From NCBI GenBank assembly GCA_963817525.1, contig CAWFOU010000001.1:384001-448000 (forward strand): a stretch of 64,000 nucleotides of DNA, written 5' to 3'. The notes under the pieces are model-generated. The model did not search any database. It worked only from the letters and a program-made list of their open reading frames with translations, and was not told the DNA's origin. This DNA is from an uncultured archaeon. Its GTDB lineage: Archaea; Thermoproteota; Nitrososphaeria; Nitrososphaerales; Gagatemarchaeaceae. This document shows positions 36,601 through 44,684 of the stretch, one piece after another; the stretch's first letter is position 1, and each line of letters begins with the position of its first letter. The translations under genes and the position numbers were made by a program.

Positions 36601-39600
36601 GTTGCAGCTCGGCTCGTCCTATTCACCCACGCTCTCCACTACCTCCGCGGGATACTGGTTCGACGCCACTGGGACGCTCACGTTCGCCACTCCCTTGAGC
36701 TGCGCCGGAGGGTGTCCGACTGGTGAAAGATGGTCGGAGAACTCCGCGTCGATATCCCCGACCTCAGCAAATACTCAGGCGGTCCAATACTACAACCAGT
36801 ACGAGCCGAACGTCTCCTATCTAGAAGAGAATGGCGGCACCCCGACCGGGAACGCCCTGGTCCTGTCCTGCTCCTCCTTCGGCTCTGGCACTACCCACAC
36901 GCTGACCACCACCCCCACAGGAGAGTGGATCGACGCGGCCTCCTACACGGTGGGTGACCACTACATCTCGTCGACTGAGAGGTATTCGCAGAACCAGAAC
37001 GGGACACTCTCCAGCCCCACTGCCCTAGTCTTCGACGTCTACCATCAGTTCGCCGCGGCGTCCTCCTATTCGGGTTCCGTCGGCCCTGGAGGAGCTCCCT
37101 CGCTTTCAGGAACCACGTTCGGGTCAGGCGGCTCCGCTACACTCCTGACCATGTCCGCGACTCCGATCTGGCTAGACTCCGGGAGCAGCTACTCGGTCAC
37201 GAAGCCATCCGCCGACTTCCCCTCTCTAACCGAAAGATATGAGACCAACTTCGCCAACGGGACGATCACCTCAGCTGTCACAGTCGACCCGGTCTTCTAC
37301 CACCAGTTCGACGTCCCCGTGAGTTATTCGACGTCGGATGAGTCCGCGATACCTGGGGCGGACGGCTCGGTCACTCTGACGGCAGTCCAGTTCGGCGGGC
37401 CTGTAGCGCCGGTCGTCACCGCCACCATCACGGGGTACTGGCTCGACGCGGGTTCTAGTTGGACGCTGGCTCCGAACGTGCTCCCTGCCTCTCCTAGCGG
37501 CGAGAGATGGGACGCCAATGACATCGGCCTGACGGGGAGCGTATCATCATCCACGGTCGTCGAACCCGAATACCTACACCAGTTCCTGCTGACCGTCACG
37601 GGGGGCGACGACATCGGATATGGAACGGCCTCGCAGACCTCAGACGATTGGTACGACGCTGGCAGCAGCACCACGGTCTCGTCCAACTGGGTGTGGAACA
37701 CCGTGTCGGGACAATCGAGATCGGCGATCACGAACTACCAAATCGATGGCGTCGGCCAGTACCCCACGAGGGCGGACTTGGGGACGCTCACCTCGGCCTC
37801 GGTCACGTTCAACGCCGCACACACCGTTGCTTTCCTCTCGACCACCCAATACTACCTGACGGTCGACGGGGGCAACGGAATCTCTTACGGGACTCCCTCG
37901 GCTACGGGGGACGACTGGTACGACTCGGGCACCTCCACGACCGTCTCGTCGAACGGGGTCTACGGAAGGGCGTCGGGAACCGGGCAGCGCGTGTCCTCTT
38001 GGAACGTGGACGGCGCGTCGGACACAATAGTCGCGGCGACGGGGATCGTGACCACATCAGCAGTCACCATGAGCACTTACCACACCGTCAACTTCAACTC
38101 GGTGACCCAGTACTTCCTGACTGACAACGACCCCTCCGGGTCAGAAAGCAGCATCACTCTTCCATCCATCTCGGGAGACACCGGCTGGTACGACTCGGGC
38201 ACCTCCGTGACAATAGTCCTGAACAACGTCTACGGGCTCGTCGCGGACTCTTCGCGCAACGACCTGGTCTCCTACACCCAGGTCGGGAGCACCACACCGG
38301 TGACTAGGTCGGGGTCGGGGACGGCCACGGAGCCCACGATAGACATGACCGAGCCGACGACGGTCTCGGCCGACTACGTGGTCCAGTACTACCTCGCGAT
38401 ATCAACCGACTGCTTCAACGCGGAGGTCTCCGCGACCTCGCCGACCGGCGACAGCTGGTATGACTCGGGGACTTCGCTCGATGTGCAGTGCAGCGGGATA
38501 GGCAGTCGGTCCGACGGGACGGGCAAGAGGGCGCAGGACTACTATTGGGACTCTAGCTCGACGACCACCGAGGCGACGACTGGCACCTATACCACCTCCT
38601 CCGTCACCATGAACTCCGCTCACACGCTCAGCGTCGACGCAGCCGTGCAGTTCCAGGTCTCGTTCGCCGCCAGCCCCATCGAGGGAGGAAGCGCCTCCAC
38701 GAGCACCGCCCCTCCCATCAGCGGAGACGCTGGCTGGTATGACTCGGGTACCGTAATCTCGATAGCCGCCGACCCCAGCATCTTCTGGTCGTTCTCCTCA
38801 TGGAGCGCGAGCACCGGGTCGATAGCCCTCGCTTCCACCAGCGCCGAGCCGACGACGGCCACGATCAGCGGAACTGGGACGATAACGGGCGACTTCACGG
38901 TCACTATCCTGCTCTCGGCGGGCAGCGTCACGCCGGCTTCTCCGACCATCGACCAAGGCCAGTCGATAACCCTCACCGCCAACCCATCCGGGGGGACCAA
39001 CTCATACACCGCCTACCAGTGGTACACGGCCTCCGGATGCAGCATCCCGATCTCTGGGGCCACCTCAGCGACCTACGCCGCAGCGCCTTCGACATCCACG
39101 ACGTACTACTATGAGGTGACTGACTTGTCACTTGCGTCGGCCTGCTCTGCCGGCGACACGGTTACAGTTGACCAGGCTCCCACTGTCTCGATCTCGCCCA
39201 CTTCGGTGACCATCGACGAGGGACAATCCGTCGAGATAACCGCGACGCCCTCGCAAGGGACGGGGAGCTTCGCTTACTCCTGGTCCGCGGCCTCGGGAAG
39301 CTGTCCTGGCTTCTCAGACTCGGCGGCCGCGACGCTCACATACGACCCGAGTCGCACCTCCTCCAACTGCGTGCTGAAGGTGACGCTGAGCGACACCGGC
39401 ACGAGCGGCGGAGCCACGCCGACGGTGACCGCAACGCCGTCTATAGACTCGGCGATCACTGTCGACCCCGCGCTCTCGCTCTACGTTTCCCCCGAGACGA
39501 TCGACTCAGGCCAGACTGCCACCCTCACGGCCATCGCGACTGGAGGCTCCGGCTCGTACGCCACGTTCTCGTGGTACTCGGGCACCAGCTGCACGGGTAC

Positions 39601-42600
39601 GCCGCTCCAGACGGGGGCCTCGGACGTGTTTCTGACCACGACCTTGACTCTGACGACCGGCTACTGCGCAACTGTTGCTGACTCCGTAGGCGGCATGGAC
39701 ACCACGACGGTGACGGTTACGGTGAGCCCGGCGCTGTCGATTACGGTCTCACCAGTATCCGTCGACTCGGGTCAGGCGGCCACGCTGACCGGCGCCGCGT
39801 CCGGCGGCTCGGGAGCATATTCGGAATACGACTGGTACTCCGGAAGCGCATGCACTGGGACGCCCCTTCAGTCCGCCTCGTCAGACTCATACACCACCGC
39901 CTCCCTTACGTCCACGACGACCTTCTGCGTGCAGGTCACTGACTCGCGCGCGGGCGTCGGCACGACCACCGTCACGGTCACCGTCAACCCCGCCCTCTCG
40001 GTCTCGGTCGCCCCGACGTCGGTCGACTCGGGTCGGACTGCCACCTTGACCGCCGTTGCGACGGGCGGGTCGGGCTCGTACGCGCTCTACACCTGGTACT
40101 CGGGCGGGGCCTGCAGCGGGGCAGCCCTCAGGTCGGGCGCATCCGACTCGTACACGACCGCGTCTCTTGCCGCGGACGCCACCTTCTGCGTCGCGGCCAC
40201 TGACTCGCTCGGAGGCACCGCGACGACCACGGTGGCCATCACAATCAACCCGACCCTCTCGGTCTCGGTCTCCCCCGCCACCATCGACCAAGGGCAGACC
40301 GCGTCTCTCTCGTCGGACGCCTCCGGCGGATCCGGCTCGTATTCGACCTTCGCCTGGTACCTTGGCGACAGCTGCACGGGCAGCCCACTCCAGTCGGCGG
40401 CTTCCGCCTCCTTCACGACAGCCTCGCTCTCCACCAACACAGGCTACTGCGTCCAGGTCACCGACTCCTTGGGCGGAACCGCCACCACCTCCGTCACGGT
40501 GACGGTCAACCCAGCGCTGTCAGTCTCGGTGTCCCCGGTCACCGTCGACTTCAACCAAACCGCCGCCTTGACGGCGGTGGCCTCGGGCGGCTCTGGCTCC
40601 TATACAATCTTCGCCTGGTACCTCGGGGACACCTGCACGGGGACTCCGGCCCAGTCGGCGGCGTCGAGCGCCTACACGACCCCGTTGCTGACGGCAACCA
40701 CCGGATATTGCGTGGCTGTGATCGACTCGCTCGGCGGTACCGCCACCACCACAATCTCCGTGACTGTCAGCGGGGTGCTCTCGGACTCGGTCTCCCCGGT
40801 CACCGTCGACTCCGGCCAGGCGGCGACCCTCACAGCAACCGCGTCCGGCGGGTCCGGATCCTACGTCGAATACGACTGGTACCTGGGAGGCAGCTGCATA
40901 GGCACCCCGCTCCAGTCGAGCGCCTCCGCCGCGTATACCACGCCTGCGCTGTCGTCCACGACGGAGTACTGCGTCGTTGTGACCGACTCCCTGGGAAGCG
41001 ACGCGACGACAATGGTCACCGTTACCGTGAACGCCCCGCTCTCCGTCTCGGTCTCGCGAGTGTCGGTCGACTCAGGCCAGAGCGCCTCGCTGGCGGCCGT
41101 CCCATCCCAAGGGTCAGGCTCGTATGTCTCGTATGCGTGGTATTCGGGCGCCATCTGCACCGGAACCCCGCTCCAGGCGGGCTCGTCGAGCTCCTACGCC
41201 ACTGCGCCGCTCACCTCCAACACGGGCTTTTGCGTCACGCTCACGGACTCTCTGGGCGGCACCGCGACGGCCACCGTTACAGTCAACATCAACCCCGCCC
41301 TGTCCGTCTCCGTCGCGCCGGTGTCCATCGACTCGGGTCAGACGGCGTCCCTGGTGGCAGCGGCGACGGGGGGTTCCGGCTCCTACTCTTCGTACGCTTG
41401 GTACGCCGGGGACACCTGCACCGGGTCTCCGCTCCAATCGGCGACATCGGATTCGTTCACGACGGCCGCACTGACGTCCGGAACCGACTACTGCGTCATG
41501 CCCACAGACTCCCTTGGCGGGACGGCCGCCGCGACGGTGACGGTGTCGGTGAACCCATCCATCTCAGTCACCGTCTCTCCGGTGACGGTCGACTTTGGGC
41601 AGGCGGCCACCTTGACCGCCGTTGCGACTGGCGGGTCGGGCTCGTACGCGCTCTACACCTGGTACTCGGGCGGGGCCTGCAGCGGAACCCCTCTTCGGTC
41701 TTCGTCCTCCCCGTCCTTCGGCACGGGGGGCCTTTCGACGGCCTCGGTCTACTGCGTCAGGGTGACCGACTCCGTCGGTGGGGTCGCGACGACGACCGCG
41801 GCTGTGAGCGTCGACCCCGCGCTCGTGGCTCCTGCAATCTCGGCCTCGGCATCAACCATCAACTCCGGCGAGGGCGCGACGCTTTCGACGGTCTCGTCAT
41901 TCAGCGCCGGCACATCGCCCTACACCTGCCAGTGGCTGGTCGAAGCCCCAGGCGGGGCCTACGTCAGCCTGGGATCCTCTTTCACCTGCGACGCGGGCGA
42001 CCTACCCACCACATCCACAGGCGCCCTCGCGACCGTCGGGACGTGGTCGTTCGAGCTCATGGTGACGGACGGGTCTGGGGCGACCGCGAACTCCGGGCCC
42101 GCCATGATAGCGGTAACCCCGCCGCCGAACGCCTCTTCGGTGTACGTCGCGTGCGCCCCATCGGTTGTCGCCCCAGGTATGTCGGTCGACTGCACAGCCA
42201 CCGTCAGCGGAGCCTCTCCGACGGGGACGGCGTCGTTCGCCGCGACGGCAGGCGCCTTCGCCACATCCTCGACATGCACGCTAGAATCAGGGAGCTGCTC
42301 GGTGACCTTCAAAGCCCCTACCACCGCGGGGAGCATAACAATCACAGGGTCATACTCCGGGGACCTGGACAACGCGGCCAGCTCCGGCTCATACTCAGTG
42401 TACGTGCCCGTGTTCACCATTGCCGTGCCCGGCGGCAGCTCGGGCGCCTCGACAAGCGGTCCCACGGGCTCGCCGATAGCGATGAGCGGTTCGGGATTCG
42501 CCGCTTCCACGGACTACTATTACTGCTTCGAGGGGGGCGTTTCGAGCCCGTCGGCTTGCACCTCAAACGAATACCAGTTCACGACTGACTCGTCCGGCGC

Positions 42601-44524
42601 GATTCCGTCCTCGAGCGGCTTGGGAGGGGTCGGCGCCACAGGGCTGGTCGTCGTCTACGACCCTGCTTCTGGCGCCGTCGTGGCCTGGGCCCAGTACACG
42701 GCAATCCCGCCGGCATCTGGCCTGTCGGCGCCGACCATCACGGTCAGCCCGCCCAGCGGCACAGTCCAGACCGGGGCGCAGCTGACGGTGACGGGGACGA
42801 ACTTCGGCGCAGGCGCGACGATAACCCTGTCCTATTCCGGGGGCGTCATCGTCGTCGACTCGGGCACCATCACCGCCTCCCCGACCGGAGGGTTCACCGC
42901 GCTGGTGACGATCTTGGCAGCTCAGCCAGGGTCCTCGAACCTCACGGCCATCGGGTCCGACAGCCCCAGCGACGCCGCGTCATCAGCCTACACCCTCACC
43001 AACGTGAACGACTACGTGTCGGCCTCTCTCACGGCGTCCTCTTCGGGGACCGCGACGGTCAACCAGACCGCTACGATGGGAGTGAGTGTGACGATACAGA
43101 ACGCGCCGGACGCGAGCGGCCAGGTGACGATATCGGACCTCAGCGCTCCCGCCACCGGCGTGAGCGCGCTGAGCCTTTCGGGCACAAAGTACTACGACGT
43201 CTTGGTGACCAACCTGCCCGGCGCGGCGTCCGCGACGGTCTGCATCACCGACGCCTCGATAACATCGAGCACCGAGCTCTACTGGGCGCCCGGGGGCTCC
43301 TCCTTCGTGGCCATCGCGTCCACTTTCGACGCCCCCGACACCCTCTGCACCTCCGCGCCCATCTCGCTGTCCCAGCTCGGAGGGACGAACTTCGCAACCG
43401 GCACGCCGTCGACCAGCGGCGGAGGGGAGGGGTCGCTCTACGTCTCGCAGACCGTCACCCTGACGCCAGGGACAGGGGGCGGGCCAGTCAGCTTCTCCCT
43501 GAGCGGGTGCGGCGTGGTCCCTTCGGTAGTAGAGGGCGACGGCCAAGCACACCACATCGCGGCGTACCCTGGGTGCAGGGTGACCGTTTCGGCCGCCTCA
43601 GAGGGCGCCGACACCAGGTCGGTATTCGTGGGAGGAAACGAGACCATCGAGTTCACCAGCTGCAGCGGTCTCGGCTGCTCCTCGAGCCTGAACGCGACCT
43701 ACTACGTCCAGGTGTTCCAGAACCTGTCGTACTTCGTCACCGGGGGCGCGCAGGGGAGCTCCGCCCCGGTCGTTGCGGGCCTCCAGTTCGGCTCCGCCTT
43801 CAGCGTGACCTTGACGACAGCCCCGGAGGGATACTGGATGGACGCCACAGGCGGCGTTGCCCTCCCCAGCCTCCTGCCTGGCAGCGGAACACAAGAGCGG
43901 TGGTCGCTTGCCTCCTTCTCCGCCGGGATTCTCAGCGCTGACACCCCGCACTCCTTGATATTGGTCTACGCGCACCAGTTCTCGGTGGTGCTGGCCGTGT
44001 CCCCTCAAGGCGCCGGGACGACGACCCCCTCGGGCGAGAGCTGGCTCAACGCTTCCTCGACCGTCACGATATCGGCCGCTGCCAGCTCGGGCTATTACTT
44101 CTCGGGATGGGTCTCCAGTTCGGGGAGCATCGCCCTCACGAACCGGTCTGCGCCCTCGACCACCTTCGTTGCGGACGGCCCGGGCACGCTCACCGCGACC
44201 TTCGCGCCCTCGAGTACTTCCACTTCAACCACCTCCTCTTCCACGACCTTCTCTAGCACCAGCGCTTCGACGACCGCGTCATACACGACCTCCTCTGGCA
44301 CGTTGACGACATCGTCGTCCGCCACGAGCTCTTCCACCTCTCTGACGACGACGTCGGCCAACTCAAGCAACTCGACGGCGTCCACGAGCGGGGCCGGCCG
44401 CACTCCGCCGGCATCTGAGCCCGGGACGACGGGCGCGATCCTGGCAGCATCGGCCGCCGCCATCGCAGCGACGATGATCCTGATGCTCCCAAAGACAAGA
44501 AGGCGCCGACGGACCTCAGGCTGA
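33665..44524 (+). CDS. Giant (3619 aa) Ser/Thr-rich cell-surface protein with multiple beta-sandwich/Ig-like repeat types and C-terminal TM anchor
   Basis: Signal peptide; uninterrupted 10.9-kb ORF; QY..YW(L/F)D repeats, GWYDSG repeats and 87-aa Ig-like repeats; S/T linker, TM and KTRRRRR tail. Confidence 0.92.
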   Translation: MRTHVTRSGLVKMAVLCAILFVLPSLFPGPLAGATLAAPAAAAQAANSQVPEATSAGHGPSPTLARTEAPPASPRVADASAPATDYGQSSGDPIYYFTTTAASGKLYDMKTTGVAGATTIQDLVPSVDGTPGSGTTTTASLSIGSFATTSYPDVVILWVVTYLSGSSVTVSTSTPPAATGVTFQSTPRASLVSCSSTGADETTETEWWGTTTAAITSESVAVTLSAAPIHAIGYAIAFKGVDVASPFDSHTGLPATGVSATCGTAADPTATGLETSNSDDLIVNFFGGNTAAETSGTIAGSTATSIDDASHADYSIAAESLVMTSAESSSQSCVFSAATSTFFGDVCDALVAAPTPTYAVVPDATTSVIGAPSESTPSNDGWETTTLSGASILSSPWTFDLTTTASAASGTAYVWVTVWNCTSSSGGCTFLFKNYDNSTNILATTALTTNSYTTGTEGPFYNVDFLRVEFWIVYASVGTSTASTITETSAVSSDSEVVVPTLGASWPITVATPTGGAAFPYTMSGCTVSPTSGTSGSTPTDFTASASCALTMTMPTAGSNTRYVFASSASTYSTVATCTTLCTNPSPSDYYQLGNTFEISANAQTDFDTGMTALTIKGTVDGVASTTICTITVTAATSDNCSTNPAWSDYDTAVTGFTNPISGAPAHSQWEASTTCTYTFTSYSTGDCQYYKQWEFELYYTIEDAGTGYSPPVLTSTQYGSSYTPSLGTTSGTAYWLDNGATWGITNPLSGSTGTEQWDSDTITSFSGTVSSTSPITAGTTAKDLLYYNQYPQTLSYSVVDGGAPSAPTATGTSLGAAYAPTLTQTAMAYWFDASGSIAFSTPTGTNEQWAPSPPSVSATSSNTQVVGMYNQYKHTLSYAVVDGGSPSASTASGTSLGSSYIPTLTTTATAYWFDVSGSITVSTPTNGASERWSPSPSSVSATTSNTQVFSLYNQYSQILSYNVNDGGSGYSAPSTLGGLQLGSSYSPTLSTTSAGYWFDATGTLTFATPLSCAGGCPTGERWSENSASISPTSANTQAVQYYNQYEPNVSYLEENGGTPTGNALVLSCSSFGSGTTHTLTTTPTGEWIDAASYTVGDHYISSTERYSQNQNGTLSSPTALVFDVYHQFAAASSYSGSVGPGGAPSLSGTTFGSGGSATLLTMSATPIWLDSGSSYSVTKPSADFPSLTERYETNFANGTITSAVTVDPVFYHQFDVPVSYSTSDESAIPGADGSVTLTAVQFGGPVAPVVTATITGYWLDAGSSWTLAPNVLPASPSGERWDANDIGLTGSVSSSTVVEPEYLHQFLLTVTGGDDIGYGTASQTSDDWYDAGSSTTVSSNWVWNTVSGQSRSAITNYQIDGVGQYPTRADLGTLTSASVTFNAAHTVAFLSTTQYYLTVDGGNGISYGTPSATGDDWYDSGTSTTVSSNGVYGRASGTGQRVSSWNVDGASDTIVAATGIVTTSAVTMSTYHTVNFNSVTQYFLTDNDPSGSESSITLPSISGDTGWYDSGTSVTIVLNNVYGLVADSSRNDLVSYTQVGSTTPVTRSGSGTATEPTIDMTEPTTVSADYVVQYYLAISTDCFNAEVSATSPTGDSWYDSGTSLDVQCSGIGSRSDGTGKRAQDYYWDSSSTTTEATTGTYTTSSVTMNSAHTLSVDAAVQFQVSFAASPIEGGSASTSTAPPISGDAGWYDSGTVISIAADPSIFWSFSSWSASTGSIALASTSAEPTTATISGTGTITGDFTVTILLSAGSVTPASPTIDQGQSITLTANPSGGTNSYTAYQWYTASGCSIPISGATSATYAAAPSTSTTYYYEVTDLSLASACSAGDTVTVDQAPTVSISPTSVTIDEGQSVEITATPSQGTGSFAYSWSAASGSCPGFSDSAAATLTYDPSRTSSNCVLKVTLSDTGTSGGATPTVTATPSIDSAITVDPALSLYVSPETIDSGQTATLTAIATGGSGSYATFSWYSGTSCTGTPLQTGASDVFLTTTLTLTTGYCATVADSVGGMDTTTVTVTVSPALSITVSPVSVDSGQAATLTGAASGGSGAYSEYDWYSGSACTGTPLQSASSDSYTTASLTSTTTFCVQVTDSRAGVGTTTVTVTVNPALSVSVAPTSVDSGRTATLTAVATGGSGSYALYTWYSGGACSGAALRSGASDSYTTASLAADATFCVAATDSLGGTATTTVAITINPTLSVSVSPATIDQGQTASLSSDASGGSGSYSTFAWYLGDSCTGSPLQSAASASFTTASLSTNTGYCVQVTDSLGGTATTSVTVTVNPALSVSVSPVTVDFNQTAALTAVASGGSGSYTIFAWYLGDTCTGTPAQSAASSAYTTPLLTATTGYCVAVIDSLGGTATTTISVTVSGVLSDSVSPVTVDSGQAATLTATASGGSGSYVEYDWYLGGSCIGTPLQSSASAAYTTPALSSTTEYCVVVTDSLGSDATTMVTVTVNAPLSVSVSRVSVDSGQSASLAAVPSQGSGSYVSYAWYSGAICTGTPLQAGSSSSYATAPLTSNTGFCVTLTDSLGGTATATVTVNINPALSVSVAPVSIDSGQTASLVAAATGGSGSYSSYAWYAGDTCTGSPLQSATSDSFTTAALTSGTDYCVMPTDSLGGTAAATVTVSVNPSISVTVSPVTVDFGQAATLTAVATGGSGSYALYTWYSGGACSGTPLRSSSSPSFGTGGLSTASVYCVRVTDSVGGVATTTAAVSVDPALVAPAISASASTINSGEGATLSTVSSFSAGTSPYTCQWLVEAPGGAYVSLGSSFTCDAGDLPTTSTGALATVGTWSFELMVTDGSGATANSGPAMIAVTPPPNASSVYVACAPSVVAPGMSVDCTATVSGASPTGTASFAATAGAFATSSTCTLESGSCSVTFKAPTTAGSITITGSYSGDLDNAASSGSYSVYVPVFTIAVPGGSSGASTSGPTGSPIAMSGSGFAASTDYYYCFEGGVSSPSACTSNEYQFTTDSSGAIPSSSGLGGVGATGLVVVYDPASGAVVAWAQYTAIPPASGLSAPTITVSPPSGTVQTGAQLTVTGTNFGAGATITLSYSGGVIVVDSGTITASPTGGFTALVTILAAQPGSSNLTAIGSDSPSDAASSAYTLTNVNDYVSASLTASSSGTATVNQTATMGVSVTIQNAPDASGQVTISDLSAPATGVSALSLSGTKYYDVLVTNLPGAASATVCITDASITSSTELYWAPGGSSFVAIASTFDAPDTLCTSAPISLSQLGGTNFATGTPSTSGGGEGSLYVSQTVTLTPGTGGGPVSFSLSGCGVVPSVVEGDGQAHHIAAYPGCRVTVSAASEGADTRSVFVGGNETIEFTSCSGLGCSSSLNATYYVQVFQNLSYFVTGGAQGSSAPVVAGLQFGSAFSVTLTTAPEGYWMDATGGVALPSLLPGSGTQERWSLASFSAGILSADTPHSLILVYAHQFSVVLAVSPQGAGTTTPSGESWLNASSTVTISAAASSGYYFSGWVSSSGSIALTNRSAPSTTFVADGPGTLTATFAPSSTSTSTTSSSTTFSSTSASTTASYTTSSGTLTTSSSATSSSTSLTTTSANSSNSTASTSGAGRTPPASEPGTTGAILAASAAAIAATMILMLPKTRRRRRTSG
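39473..41821 (+). repeat. Nine tandem 261-bp (87-aa) intragenic Ig-like repeats
   Basis: Units LSVSVSP..VDSGQ.A.L.A.A.GGSGSY..Y.WY.G..C.G.PLQ...C..VTDSLGG start every 261 bp from 39473. Confidence 0.9.
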
Positions 44525-44684
44525 TGGAGAACTTACTCACCGCTGGGCACGGACCCCATGGCACTCGAGGACGACCAGCAGCGTTATTGGCCGCTGAGCG
44601 AATCGTATATCGCGAGACTTTGGCGGGTAACGAAATTACTTGAATCTGAATGCCTAAATACGGCGTTATGGCAAATAAGGGCGC

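Noticed and set aside
39473-41821. Regular 261-bp periodicity as a non-coding array
   Set aside because: In-frame protein repeats with synonymous divergence.
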